The notes: a model not told the origin generated them from the sequence alone. Positions 40,724-51,579 are shown, numbered from the stretch's first letter. The stretch is DNA of 64,000 nt from Acidobacteriota bacterium (GCA_965217775.1 CBDCJH010000002.1:3520001-3584000), one strand, 5' to 3'. A program made the numbers and translations.

Positions 40724-41482
40724 ATGCGTCTCAAGGACAAGGTCGCCATCATCACGGGAGCCGCAGCCGGGATCGGAGAGGCCTCTTCCCGCCTCTTTGC
40801 CGCCGAGGGAGCTACGGTCGTGGGGCTGGACCGCGACTCGGCGGGACTGGACCGGGTGTTGGGCGAGATTCGGGATCAGGGGTTCGCCTGTCACGGCCTG
40901 TGCGTCGACGTGACCTCCTCATCCGATTGCCGGGAAGCCGTGGAGTGGACGGCTCGGGAATTGGGGCGGATCGACATCCTGTTCAACAACGCGGGCGTCG
41001 TGCACCAGGGGACGCTGCTGGAGGCTTCGGAGAAGGACTGGGACCAGGCCCTGGACATCAACGTCAAGAGCATGTTCCGGACCTGCCGCCATGCGCTCCC
41101 CGTGATGCTGCGCCAAGGTTCGGGGAACATTATCAACACCGCCTCCGTCGCCGGCTTCTCCGGAGTCGTGAAACGGGGCGTCTATTCAGTCTCCAAAGCG
41201 GCGGTGGTGGGGTTGACCAAGAGTCTGGCCATCGATTACATCGGCAACGGGATTCGCGCCAACTGCATCTGTCCGGCGACGGTGGACACTCCTTCCCTCC
41301 AGTCCCGGATCAACACGGCGGCGGACCCCGAACAGGCCAGGCGGGATTTCATCGCCCGGCAGCCCATGGGCCGCCTCTGTCAGGCGGAAGAGATCGCCGC
41401 GCTGGCCCTCTACCTGGCCTCCGACGATTCGGTCTTCATGACCGGCCAGGCGGTGGTCATTGACGGAGCCATGACCCTCTAG
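40724..41482 (+). CDS. SDR-family oxidoreductase
   Basis: TGAAAGIG, NNAG, YSVSK. Confidence 0.92.
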   Translation: MRLKDKVAIITGAAAGIGEASSRLFAAEGATVVGLDRDSAGLDRVLGEIRDQGFACHGLCVDVTSSSDCREAVEWTARELGRIDILFNNAGVVHQGTLLEASEKDWDQALDINVKSMFRTCRHALPVMLRQGSGNIINTASVAGFSGVVKRGVYSVSKAAVVGLTKSLAIDYIGNGIRANCICPATVDTPSLQSRINTAADPEQARRDFIARQPMGRLCQAEEIAALALYLASDDSVFMTGQAVVIDGAMTL

Positions 41483-41639
41483 CCCGAATTTCTCATCAGG
41501 CCGCTGAGCTGACAATGAAAAACATCTTGTTTTCAGTCAACTACGCGGTTTTTATCAATGTTTCTCCCGTACAGGCTGCGCTGGGCGCGCGCTCGCTGGT
41601 CTTTTCGCGATCATCGCGCCCCCTGATGAGAAATGCGGG
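41483..41639. mobile_element. IS1380-like MITE (family 2), intact 157 bp
   Basis: TIRs CCCGAATTTCTCATCAGG / CCTGATGAGAAATGCGGG; CTAG duplicated at 41479-41482 and 41640-41643. Confidence 0.85.
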
Positions 41640-41667
41640 CTAGGGCAACAGACAAGGAGAGTTCGGT

Positions 41668-43944
41668 ATGGGCAAAAAAGTTCTGCTGGCTGCAATCTTG
41701 GCCGCGATCCTGGCGGGGATCATCCTCTGGTCGCCGCTGTCGGATCCGGCTCCCGTCGGCATCGAGCACCGGGAAGCGTGGACCACCTCGCGGGTCCACG
41801 GCACTCCGGATCCGCCCGATCCCTACACCACGGAGGTCGTGTTCCCGGAGATCCGCTTCGAACAACCTTTGGAGGTGACGACGGTTCCCGGCACCAACCT
41901 CATCGCCGTGGCCGAGCGTTACGGCAAGATCTACGTCTTCGAGAATCGTCCCGGAGTCACCGAGAAGCATCTGCTCATGGACGCCGGGAAACCCATCTAC
42001 GGGCTGGAGTTCCATCCCGACTTCCAGGAGAACCGGTATTTCTTCGTGAGCCAGGTGGACCATCCCGTCAAGGAACTGCCGGAGGGCAGTCAACTCTCCC
42101 GTTACCAGGCGAGCCCGGGGCCACCCCTCACCGCCGATCGGGACTCGGAAACGGTCTTCCTCATTTGGCCTTCGGGCGGCCACAACGGAGGCTGCATCCG
42201 GTTCGGTCCGGACGGGTACCTCTACCTGGGCACGGGCGATGCGAGCGGTATCGCCGACAGCCTGGTGACCGGCCAGAACCCCGATGACTTCATGGGGTCG
42301 ATTCTCCGGATCGACGTGGATCGTCCCGACGCCGGAAAAAACTATGGCATCCCGCCCGACAATCCCTATGTGGGGAGAGACGGATTTCGGCCGGAAGTGT
42401 GGGCCTATGGACTCCGCCAGCCCTGGAAGTTCAGCTTCGATCCGGCCCGCCGTCTCTGGGTCGGCGAGATCGGCCAGGACCTCTGGGAGATGATCCACAT
42501 CATCGAGGAGGGAGGCAATTACGGCTGGAGCGTCATGGAGGCGACCCACCCCTTCCGGCCCGAACGCCCCCTGGGTCCCACGCCCATCCTGCCTCCCTTG
42601 GTGGAGCATTCCCACACCGATTTCCGATCCATCACCGGTGGCTACGTCTACCAGGGAACCCGCATCGATGCGCTGGCCGAATCTTATATCTACGGGGATC
42701 ACGATACCGGGAAGATCTGGTCCTTGGACTACGAAGGCGCCCGCGTCGAGAATCACCGCCAGTTGGCCGACACGCTGCTCCGAATCGTCGCCATCGGTCA
42801 GGACCAGCAGAACGAACTCCTCTTTTTGGACTTCGTCGGCGGCCAGCTCCATCGTCTGGTGCCGCGGCCCGAGTCCCCCCGGCAAGTGGCCGAATTCCCC
42901 CGGCGGCTGAGCGAGACCGGCCTGTTCACCTCCACGGAGGAGATGACGCCGGCTCCGGGTCTGATCCCCTATTCGGTGAACGCAGCGCTCTGGTCGGACC
43001 ATGCGGCCAAGGAGCGCTACATCGCGCTCCCTGCCCTGTCGCAGGTCGAGTACGACACGGTGATCTACCCTCAGCCTGCGCCGGGAGTCCCGCCAGGCTG
43101 GAAGTTCCCCGACGGGACCGTCCTGGTCAAGACCTTCTCCCTGGAAATGGAGAGGGGCAACCCCGAAAGCCTCAGGCGATTGGAGACGCGGCTCCTGCAC
43201 CACGAGCGGATTCCCGGAACCGACGAAGTGGGAGCGCAGGTCTGGAAGGGCTACGTCTATGTCTGGAACGAGGAGCAGACCGAAGCCCATCTGTTGGAAA
43301 GCGAGGGCCTGGACCGGCCGTTCACCATTCGGGAGGCGGACGGCGGGACCAGCGAGCAGACGTGGCGGTTCCCCAGCCGCGCCGAGTGCACCCTCTGCCA
43401 CACCACGGCCGCCAAGTACGTCCTGGGCATCAACACCCTGCAGATGAACAAGGACCACGACTACGGGGGAGTGGTGGCCAACCAGCTTCGGACCTTGGAC
43501 CATCTGGGCGTCTTCACCAAGCCTCTGCCAGCTCCGCCGGAAGAGTTGGGACGGCTTGTCGATTACCGGAGTTCCGATCTGGAGACCGAACGGCGGGCGC
43601 GTGCCTACCTTCACGCCAACTGCTCCCACTGTCACGTGAAGTGGGGAGGCGGCAACGCCGACTTTCAGTTGATCGGATCCATGCCGCTGGAACAGACCGG
43701 CATCGTGGACACCGTGGCTGCCCATGGCGGCTTCGAACTGGACCAGCCCCGGCTGGTGGCCCCGGGACACCCGGAACGTTCCATCATCCCCCATCGCATG
43801 GCACTGCTGGGCCTGGGCCGCATGCCCCACATCGCCTCCAACGTGGTGGATGAAGAGGGAGTCCGGCTGGTCCGGGAATGGATTCGGAGCCTGCCGGTCC
43901 AACAGAGCCGGAACCGGTCCAAGGACGGGAACGGGCCAGGTTAG
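41668..43944 (+). CDS. PQQ-dependent sugar dehydrogenase (GSDH) fused to a c-type cytochrome domain
   Basis: HNGGCIRFGPDGYLY, YGLRQPW, NYGW; heme motifs CTLCH and CSHCH. Confidence 0.85.
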   Translation: MGKKVLLAAILAAILAGIILWSPLSDPAPVGIEHREAWTTSRVHGTPDPPDPYTTEVVFPEIRFEQPLEVTTVPGTNLIAVAERYGKIYVFENRPGVTEKHLLMDAGKPIYGLEFHPDFQENRYFFVSQVDHPVKELPEGSQLSRYQASPGPPLTADRDSETVFLIWPSGGHNGGCIRFGPDGYLYLGTGDASGIADSLVTGQNPDDFMGSILRIDVDRPDAGKNYGIPPDNPYVGRDGFRPEVWAYGLRQPWKFSFDPARRLWVGEIGQDLWEMIHIIEEGGNYGWSVMEATHPFRPERPLGPTPILPPLVEHSHTDFRSITGGYVYQGTRIDALAESYIYGDHDTGKIWSLDYEGARVENHRQLADTLLRIVAIGQDQQNELLFLDFVGGQLHRLVPRPESPRQVAEFPRRLSETGLFTSTEEMTPAPGLIPYSVNAALWSDHAAKERYIALPALSQVEYDTVIYPQPAPGVPPGWKFPDGTVLVKTFSLEMERGNPESLRRLETRLLHHERIPGTDEVGAQVWKGYVYVWNEEQTEAHLLESEGLDRPFTIREADGGTSEQTWRFPSRAECTLCHTTAAKYVLGINTLQMNKDHDYGGVVANQLRTLDHLGVFTKPLPAPPEELGRLVDYRSSDLETERRARAYLHANCSHCHVKWGGGNADFQLIGSMPLEQTGIVDTVAAHGGFELDQPRLVAPGHPERSIIPHRMALLGLGRMPHIASNVVDEEGVRLVREWIRSLPVQQSRNRSKDGNGPG

Positions 43945-44630
43945 CCCGCGTTTCTCAGGTACGAGAGCAGTTCCAGCATCAGTCCGTTGACGGCCCGATA
44001 GTTGCCGGCCGGCGCCTCCAGGAGTTCGCTTTCCGACTGCACGTATCTGGACGGGGTCAGTTCCGCCCGGCAGTTCACGACCAGCTTTTCAGCCGCCTCT
44101 GGAGTCGTTTCGAGGTGGAACTGCGTGCCGATGGCCGCCCGGCCGAGCTGAAACGCTTGATTCTCACAGCCGTCGCTTCGCGCCAGATGGACCGCTCCGG
44201 GAGGCAGATCGAAGGTCTCGCCGTGCCAGTGAAACGCCTGGATGGTCTCGGGAAACCGGAAGCAGTCCACGCCTCCGCCGATCCCGCGCAGGGGAAACCA
44301 GCCGATCTCCTTCAGCTCGTTGGGGTAGACCCGGGCGCCCAGGGCGCTGGCGATGAGCTGTGCGCCGAGGCAGATCCCCAAGACCGGCTTGCCCGCCTCT
44401 AGGGCTCGGCGGATGAACCGCTTCTCCGCAACCAGCCAGGGAAGCTCCTCCTCGTCGTTGACGCTCATGGGCCCGCCCATGGCGATGAGGAAATCGACGT
44501 CGTTCAACTGCGGCAGTTCCGCCGATTCGAAGAATCTCGTACAGGTCACCTCGTACCCGGTGGCGACCAACCAGGGCCGAATGCAACCGAGACCCTCGAA
44601 GGGAACATGCTGGAAATAGTGAGCGCGCAT
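43941..44630 (-). CDS. Class I glutamine amidotransferase (GMP-synthase-like)
   Basis: QHVPFEG, MGGPMSV, LGICLGAQL, QFHLE. Confidence 0.9.
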   Translation of the reverse strand: MRAHYFQHVPFEGLGCIRPWLVATGYEVTCTRFFESAELPQLNDVDFLIAMGGPMSVNDEEELPWLVAEKRFIRRALEAGKPVLGICLGAQLIASALGARVYPNELKEIGWFPLRGIGGGVDCFRFPETIQAFHWHGETFDLPPGAVHLARSDGCENQAFQLGRAAIGTQFHLETTPEAAEKLVVNCRAELTPSRYVQSESELLEAPAGNYRAVNGLMLELLSYLRNAG

Positions 44631-45021
44631 GGGATCGGCGATTCAGTTTGTATCCGCAACGGCGAGAGAAGGCAAGTTGAGGGTCACGGCACACCGAATC
44701 GGGGCCAAGCGGACGCCTACCAACCTCCGTCTCTTTGCACCACACCCCGAAGGATGCCGACACCTCCAGCTACACGCCAGAAACACGGAAGGTCTAGTCT
44801 ACTTCTTATCCTTATCCCGCCGCTCTTGTGAGCATAACGAACCTATTGCTCGCATAGGCCTTCGATTCTTCCATCGCAGACTCCATGTATTTCGGCCTCG
44901 CCACCATCGTCTGCCAGGGATTCAGATCCATCGCCGCACAGTTACCACCGTTGCCGAAAACCGTCCCGCGGAGACTAACCCAACACCATAGGCAACGACT
45001 ATAGAAAGAAACTCGCCATGC

Positions 45022-45684
45022 CTAGACGTGTTCCGAGATCAACTCGTGCAAGAATTGGGTCAGCGGATCAAACGCCTTGGAACTGAAGTCCCACACTCCC
45101 TGCTGTGCCCCCTCGCCAACTCTCGCCACTGGATCTCGCGTCGCCGCGAGGTACGCGTGTACGAAGCTCTTGTCCTCATTCTTTGACGACAGAATTCCAT
45201 TACCGCTCAAACATGTAAGATACGCATTTACACACGTAGCTGTAGCATCACCATTTACCGATCGCCGAATAAGCGTCTCCAGCGCACCCGAACTCGACCC
45301 GTCAGGCATAATATAAATGCCAATTGCTGGCTCACCACCCGAATACTTCCCGTGACCCCCCGGTGGCCTGAGTCCAGCAGCCTTTACGTCATTTGCTACG
45401 CTTTGAAACGCACTCCGTGGGTCGTCATCTGCATCTCTGACAATACCAATCCCCTTCACCATCCCCCTTTTCTTACACAGAACGCTTATTGCCATGAGAC
45501 GCCGCCGGAATACCCGCCTGCCTCCAGCAGGAATAATTTGAATTTCCCGCCTAATCCTTGTGTCCCCAACTCGAGTGTCAATCAATTTGCACAATACACG
45601 CTCCTCATCCACGCCTTCTACAAGGAGCAGCAATCTACCTTTAATTTTTAAACTTTCTTCTGAGCCTCCGGTGCGCATTGCCAT
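45022..45684 (-). CDS. DUF3226-like TOPRIM-fold protein
   Basis: LLLVEGVDE, IVRDADD, YIMPD..GALETL, KSFVHAYLA. Confidence 0.7.
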   Translation of the reverse strand: MAMRTGGSEESLKIKGRLLLLVEGVDEERVLCKLIDTRVGDTRIRREIQIIPAGGRRVFRRRLMAISVLCKKRGMVKGIGIVRDADDDPRSAFQSVANDVKAAGLRPPGGHGKYSGGEPAIGIYIMPDGSSSGALETLIRRSVNGDATATCVNAYLTCLSGNGILSSKNEDKSFVHAYLAATRDPVARVGEGAQQGVWDFSSKAFDPLTQFLHELISEHV

Positions 45685-45687
45685 CCC

Positions 45688-46725
45688 TTATCGAACCTCC
45701 AGATTAAGCTCCTTTGCGCCGACAAGAGAATCTCCAGTATAAGTTAGCACATCAATGGTTTGGCTCGATTCCCCCAAAAAGAGGTTATGTATCGAGATAT
45801 CATCCGGCCGATCAGCGTATGAGTCAACTGCTGCATGGATAAACTCACGACTATGCGTAGTCGCAAAGAACTGAATGTTCCAACGGCCAGCCCACTCGCG
45901 AATACATTTCCATACCTTTCTGAATAGGGAATAGTGAACCCCGTTTTCGATTTCATCGAAAAACACTAGTCCATGTCGAGCCGTAAAGAAGTTAAGGTAT
46001 AGGGAAAAGAACTTCACAGCTCCTCCCCCAAGAGCTCGCAAGGGGAGCGGACGACCTTCATTTCTCGAGACCGCTATGTAGGGTTTTCCAGAATCACTAG
46101 TGAGAATTTCGACTCGCGGATAACCGTTGAACATAAATTGCATAGCTGACTCTAAATCCGATTTCCCACGGGACCGGACAAGCCTAGAGTACCGTCGCAA
46201 TACTTCCTGTGACGTATCAATTTCTTGCACGGTACTCACAAATATCGCTGCTGGCTGCCCTGCACCAACTACGGCCCGACAAGCAACAAGACCTTCTGGC
46301 GTACGCTGTAACAGTTCTGGTCCCTTAATGGGCTTGTTATTGACCTTAGTGATTAGCCTGCCAACGATTGGTGCTGCGTCTTTGGACTTCAACTGACTGT
46401 CTCTGGTCTCGCTCACAGCCTGCATTACTCGCTCAAAATAGGTTATTAAACGGAGGTGTCGTGCGCCCTCACGCCCCGAAAGCCGAATCTCATCGTCTGA
46501 CAACTCGGCAATTGGATTGACGACACTTTCCCGTGACCTTAAGACATTCGCATCCCAGAATAAGGTTCCGTTGTACTTACCGGAGAAAAGCCACAATGAT
46601 TCGAGCAATGCGGTTTTGCCAATACCATTCGTACCAGTAATCAGGTTGATCCGATTCAGAGTTGGCAAAGAGAGTCCACTAATACCGCGATAGCGATCCA
46701 CGCCAAAAGTCTTTAGATGTGCCAC
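45688..46725 (-). CDS. ABC/AAA ATPase (AAA_15/AAA_21-like)
   Basis: GTNGIGKT, LGGG, FFDEIENGVH, TTHS; GAAGGAG RBS. Confidence 0.88.
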   Translation of the reverse strand: MAHLKTFGVDRYRGISGLSLPTLNRINLITGTNGIGKTALLESLWLFSGKYNGTLFWDANVLRSRESVVNPIAELSDDEIRLSGREGARHLRLITYFERVMQAVSETRDSQLKSKDAAPIVGRLITKVNNKPIKGPELLQRTPEGLVACRAVVGAGQPAAIFVSTVQEIDTSQEVLRRYSRLVRSRGKSDLESAMQFMFNGYPRVEILTSDSGKPYIAVSRNEGRPLPLRALGGGAVKFFSLYLNFFTARHGLVFFDEIENGVHYSLFRKVWKCIREWAGRWNIQFFATTHSREFIHAAVDSYADRPDDISIHNLFLGESSQTIDVLTYTGDSLVGAKELNLEVR

Positions 46726-47217
46726 ACCGTCTCCTTCGGTTCGTTGTATTGCGATGACATCCTATTTGTGTCGTTGGCCACGGCACGACCAGTTAAAATT
46801 ACTCCCGACGGCAACTGCGGGGATCAACCCGAGATTTTACCACGAAAGGAAGTTGTTGAGTTCAGGGATTTGACCAAAAAAACCTCATCTGGTTGAAGCA
46901 ATACTGACACACCCTACATGGTTGGCGCATGTTATTGGAGTTCTGATCGGTCGCCAGACAGTGAGAGTTGGTCGTCGAAATAGGTGTCTTCAGAACAGTT
47001 CCGATATTCTTTCGGCGCGCGATTCTCGACGCGGGCATCACCGTGGATAGTCGCGACTTCTTGAGCGTGCCGCTTGGGTCGAATAAACATTGACTCTCCA
47101 CCGCGAAAACGAGTCAGTGACCGGAAGACCTCTCTCTCGCCTCCGGTAGCCGACGCGTTAGCTCCTCGGAGTACCCCTGCAATTCGAGATGCAAAGCCGA
47201 GGCGACGGTGCTTTGTG

Positions 47218-48816
47218 TTACGCGAGCGGATGCAGATTGCTCGGTGGGTCATGTTGTGGAACCGGGTTTCCCGAGAAACGGGTTCCATTAGTCTTGATCA
47301 TCGACTCCGGTGACACGTTTGGGCCTTTCGTGCTGGCCCAGCAGTTCTCTTCCCCACAAATGCGATACCTGTCGCGGCACTTACGGCAATATGTAGATAT
47401 GGGAGATGCCGCGTCCCGGTCGAGAACAGTTGCCGCACTGGGAGCCGGAAGATCCACAGTGTTTCCCGATCTCGTCTTTTCCTGCGGGTTGGGCGCACGA
47501 GAATATCCCATCTCCGGCCACTGGACGGCCTGCGGTTTCGACCAACTACCCAGGAAGGCACCGACGTAGCCACGGCGGACGACCAGCGCCAGCGCCAACC
47601 AAAGTCCCGCCAGGACGATGACCAGCACGCTGATCCAGTTGACCGGAAAGTGCAGGAAAGAGGTGAGAACCAATAGCAGCCCCCCGGCCAGGCCGCGCGA
47701 CCATCGGTCCACGAAGAGGTCGATGAACACCTTGGCCCGCTTTCTTACCTCCAAGGGAACCGGCAGGAAGAGCAGTTCCCTGCCCGTCTTGTCGACGGAG
47801 GGACGGAGGCTGCCGTCGATGCCCCTCAGGAGGACGGCACCCCAGAGCGTGGGCACTGCCAGCATGCCCAACGAAGTGAGCAACAGTCCCAACGGGAGCA
47901 ACAGAATGGCCCCGGACACGCCCCAGAACCGGATCAGCCGATAGGTCAGAAATGTCTGCAGAAGCAGAGACACCATGCTGAGGCGCCCATAGAATTTTCC
48001 CAGGAACACCGCCAGCGACTGCTGATCCGGATAGGCCTCGACCGCGACCGTCTTGAACTGAAAGTCCACCAGGGTGGCCACCAACATGGTGAGGGAGAGG
48101 AGGCCCCCGATGCCGGCGAGATAGCGGTGGTCCCGGAGCATCGAGCGCACTTCCCGCAGAGAGCTCCGCACCGGTTCCTGGAGCGGGGCCGCCGTTGCGG
48201 CAGTCGAGCCGGCCGTTCGATCGAGGCCTCCGGCCCGGTTCAGGAGCACCGTCGACAGGGCCAGGAAGCCGGCGCAGAACAGCAGGAGGTCCCGGGTCGA
48301 GACCTCCATGACCCCGACCAGAAAGCTGGCCGTCTCGCCTCCGATGATGGCTCCCAGGATGCCGCCGAGATTCACCACTCCAAAGATCCGCCTGGCTTGG
48401 GTCGAGTCCAGGACCGAATTGGCGAAGAGCCAGAACTGCGACGTGGTCAGGATTCCGTAGATGCCGACCCAGACGTAAAAGGCGTAGTAGATCCACCAGA
48501 GCTCCAACGCCAGCAGCCAACGCAAGAGCAGCAGACAGCCGATCAGAACGGCGCTGGTCCCCTTGATCAGACGGCTCAAGTCCAGAATCCGGGCCAGTCT
48601 TCCGTACAGGAGGGTGACGGGTAGAGCCACCAGAGCGATCAGGACGAAGACCACGGGAAGGTTGGCAGGACCGGGTCCGGCCAGAAACAGGCTGTCCCTC
48701 GCCGGTTTCAGGAAGAAATAGGTCAAGAGAATGAGGCCGTAGCCGGAGAAGAGAATCGCGGCGAGTCCGACCTCCTCCTTTCGTACGCCAAAGAGGAAAT
48801 CGACCAGCCGTGTCAT
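47218..48816 (-). pseudogene. Npt/TLC-family nucleotide (ATP/ADP) transporter, C-terminally truncated or chimeric
   Basis: LKPARDSLFL, SQFWLFAN, QARRIFG, VDFQFK, KTGRELLFLPV; homology appears to end after RRGYVGAF (about 47550) and the frame reads into unrelated DNA. Confidence 0.7.
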
Positions 48817-48848
48817 GGTAGAAAGACCCGCCCGCCTTCCGGATCGGG

Positions 48849-50219
48849 TTAGCGGGCTGCGGTTTCCTCGGCCGCGACCCCCGAGACCGGCCAACCCTCT
48901 CGAATCAGGGCCCGGAGCGCCTTCTCGTAGGCTTCCACCGTGAAGTCCACGTCCTCCTCGCTGTGTGCTCCGGTCAGCCGCCAGCTCATCCCTCCCTGGA
49001 TGTCTACACCTTCATTCAGGAGAGCCTTCCGAAGAACGCCGCCGCGCGTGGGATCGTTGGCCGCCTTGAGACGGGCGTCGGGAACGGTGCAACCGTTCGC
49101 TTCATCCCACTCCCCCTCGACGCCCAGAGCGACGAACAGGCCTGACGAGAGGCCGTAGGCGAGTCCCGGGATTCCCCTGCGGGCCAGAACGCCATTGAGA
49201 CCCGATTTGAGCCTTTCGGTCATCGCCTCCACTCGTTTGTTGACCGGCTCCCGATCCAGGATCTCCAGACACGTGGCCCCGGCCACCGCCGACAGAGGAT
49301 TGGCGTTGAAGGTGCCGGGATGGGCGACCCGGCGCCGGGCGTCCCATTCGGGGTCGCCCCGGTGCTGGATCATGTCCAGGATTTCCGCCTTGCCCACGAC
49401 GGCGGCGCCGGGAAGGCCGCCGGCCAGGATCTTCGCGTGAGTGCTCAAATCGGGAGTGATCCCGTAGCGTTCCTGGACTCCCCCCAGGGAGGCCCGAAAC
49501 CCGGTGATCACTTCGTCGAAGATCAGCAGCACCCCTGCTCTCCGGGTGACCTCCCTCAACTGCCGAAGGAATCCCGGCGTGATCGGGAGAAGACCTCCCA
49601 AGGCCCCCGTGGGTTCCAGGATCACGGCGGCGATGTCCCGGTCTCGGGCCAGCGCCCGCTCGACCTCGCCGATCTCGGGAGCGACCTGAACCACGGTTCC
49701 AGCGATCCCCCGAGGGACGCCGGCTGCCTCCCCCTCCGGACTCAGGACGACGTAGTCGCTCCAGCCGTGGAAATGGTGGTGAAACTTGAGGATCTTGTCC
49801 CGTCCCGTATAGGCCCGGACCAGGCGGAAGGCCATCAGGTCCGCCTCGGTCCCCGAGGAGTGGAAACGGACCTTCTCGGAACATGGCACCAGCTTGTTCA
49901 CGATCTCGGCCCAGCGAATCTCGAGTTCGGTGGCCCCGCCCAGATGAGTGCCCCGCCCCATCTGCTCGCTGACCGCCTCCACGATGGCGGGGTGAGAGTG
50001 TCCCAGCAGGATCGCCCCATGCCCCACGACGTAGTCGATGTACCGGTTCCCGTCCACGTCCCACTTGTAGGCCCCCTCGGAACGGGTCATGTAGAGGGGA
50101 AAGGGAGTGATCCAACGCGAGTCATGCGTGGCTCCGTCGGGAAAGGCGCGGCGTCCTCCGCCGGACAGGCTGAGAGACCCGGGATGGTCGTCATAGTATC
50201 GCTGGTCCACGGAATTCAT
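48849..50219 (-). CDS. Class III aminotransferase (GSA aminomutase-like)
   Basis: WDVDGNRYID, SGTEA, LIFDEVITGFR, KILAGGLP, GTFNANP. Confidence 0.88.
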   Translation of the reverse strand: MNSVDQRYYDDHPGSLSLSGGGRRAFPDGATHDSRWITPFPLYMTRSEGAYKWDVDGNRYIDYVVGHGAILLGHSHPAIVEAVSEQMGRGTHLGGATELEIRWAEIVNKLVPCSEKVRFHSSGTEADLMAFRLVRAYTGRDKILKFHHHFHGWSDYVVLSPEGEAAGVPRGIAGTVVQVAPEIGEVERALARDRDIAAVILEPTGALGGLLPITPGFLRQLREVTRRAGVLLIFDEVITGFRASLGGVQERYGITPDLSTHAKILAGGLPGAAVVGKAEILDMIQHRGDPEWDARRRVAHPGTFNANPLSAVAGATCLEILDREPVNKRVEAMTERLKSGLNGVLARRGIPGLAYGLSSGLFVALGVEGEWDEANGCTVPDARLKAANDPTRGGVLRKALLNEGVDIQGGMSWRLTGAHSEEDVDFTVEAYEKALRALIREGWPVSGVAAEETAAR

Positions 50220-50269
50220 AAACGTGCTCCTGGTTCTACTGATGCAACTCGTCGGTTCCAGTCTACTGA

Positions 50270-50305
50270 CAGGCCGCGGCAAAAGTCACCACCGGCGGCG
50301 GACTG
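50270..50305 (+). repeat. Highly reduced MITE family 1 remnant
   Basis: CAGGCCGCGGCAAAAGTC...CGGACTG. Confidence 0.4.
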
Positions 50306-50336
50306 TCTCTCCGGTCCGGAGTAAGATCCACGCCGG

Positions 50337-51518
50337 TTACGAAATTCCTTCCAGACCCTGCTTGAAATCCTCCATCAGATCTCCGGCGTCCTCGATGCCC
50401 ACCGAAACCCGTACCAGCGAGTCGGAGATTCCCATCCGAATCCGCTCCTTCGCCGGCACGCCGGCATGGGAGGTGGTCGCCGGACGGGTGATCAGGGTCT
50501 CCACGCCTCCCAGGCTGGGAGCCGATCTGGGAATTCGAAGACGACTCAGCAACGTTTCGGCCGCCTCGACCCCTCCCTGCACCTCGAAGCTCAGCATTCC
50601 GCCGAAGCCGGAGAAGAGCTTCCGGGCCCGGCCGTGTTGAGGATGGGTCTCCAGACCGGGGTAGTTGACTTCGTCGACGGCCGCGTGCGCTGCCAGGAAA
50701 CGGGCCAACGCCCAGGCGTTTTCGTTCTGTCGGCGCACCCGCAGGACCAGGGTCTTGATCCCCCGATGCAGCAGGAAGCAGGCATGAGGGTCCAGGACCC
50801 CGCCCAGATGATTCAACCTGTGGGTCACCCGGCGCACCAACTCTCGAGGCCCGATGACGGCGCCCGCCGCCAGGTCCGAATGACCGTTGAGGTACTTGGT
50901 GCCGCTGTGGACGACGAGGTCGAAGCCCGAGTCCAGGGGCCGATAGTTGACGGGCGTGGCGAAAGTACTGTCGATGATGGAGACCAGACCGTGCTTCCGG
51001 GCGAATCGAACGATCTGCTCCAGATCCGGGACCTGCATCAGGGGATTGGTGATGGTTTCCACATAGATGGTGCGGGTGGACGGTTTCAGGAGCGCGGACC
51101 AGGTCTCGGGACGGTTGCCGTCCATGAGGTCGTGAGCGATCCCGAATTCCGCCAAATCACGAGTGACGAAGGTGTGAGTCCCGCCGTAGAGCCCCTCCAG
51201 TGCCAGCAGATGGTCTCCGTGAGAGAGCAACGCCAACAGCGTGGTGGTGATGGCGGCCATGCCGCTGGCGGCGACGACCGCCGCCTCGCCGGCTTCCAGG
51301 GAAGCCAGCTTGGCATGGAGGGATTGGTGATTGGGGGTGTTGTTGAGGCGGACGTAGCGAACCGCGTCGTAGCTCTTCTCGCCCGCGGTCTCGAAGGTGG
51401 CCGACTGGAAGATGGGAATGGCTACCGCTCCCTCGATTCGAGGTTCGGGCTCGCCGGCGTGGACGGCGCGCGTGGCCAACCGGCGGGTCAGCTCTGAAAG
51501 GTCACTCGGATCCGACAT
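50337..51518 (-). CDS. PLP-dependent Cys/Met metabolism enzyme (cystathionine gamma-synthase/lyase family)
   Basis: PIFQSATF, ASGMAAI, YGGT, HSGTKYLNGHSD, SLGGVETL. Confidence 0.9.
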   Translation of the reverse strand: MSDPSDLSELTRRLATRAVHAGEPEPRIEGAVAIPIFQSATFETAGEKSYDAVRYVRLNNTPNHQSLHAKLASLEAGEAAVVAASGMAAITTTLLALLSHGDHLLALEGLYGGTHTFVTRDLAEFGIAHDLMDGNRPETWSALLKPSTRTIYVETITNPLMQVPDLEQIVRFARKHGLVSIIDSTFATPVNYRPLDSGFDLVVHSGTKYLNGHSDLAAGAVIGPRELVRRVTHRLNHLGGVLDPHACFLLHRGIKTLVLRVRRQNENAWALARFLAAHAAVDEVNYPGLETHPQHGRARKLFSGFGGMLSFEVQGGVEAAETLLSRLRIPRSAPSLGGVETLITRPATTSHAGVPAKERIRMGISDSLVRVSVGIEDAGDLMEDFKQGLEGIS

Positions 51519-51579
51519 TCGACCTCCTGGATGGTTTTCGTTTCTGACCGGAGGCGGGTTCCGGCGGCCTCGATCTTGA

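Noticed and set aside
44640-45020. Small ORFs downstream of the DUF3226-like gene as a third system component
   Set aside because: Short frames broken by stops, with no convincing RBS or motif
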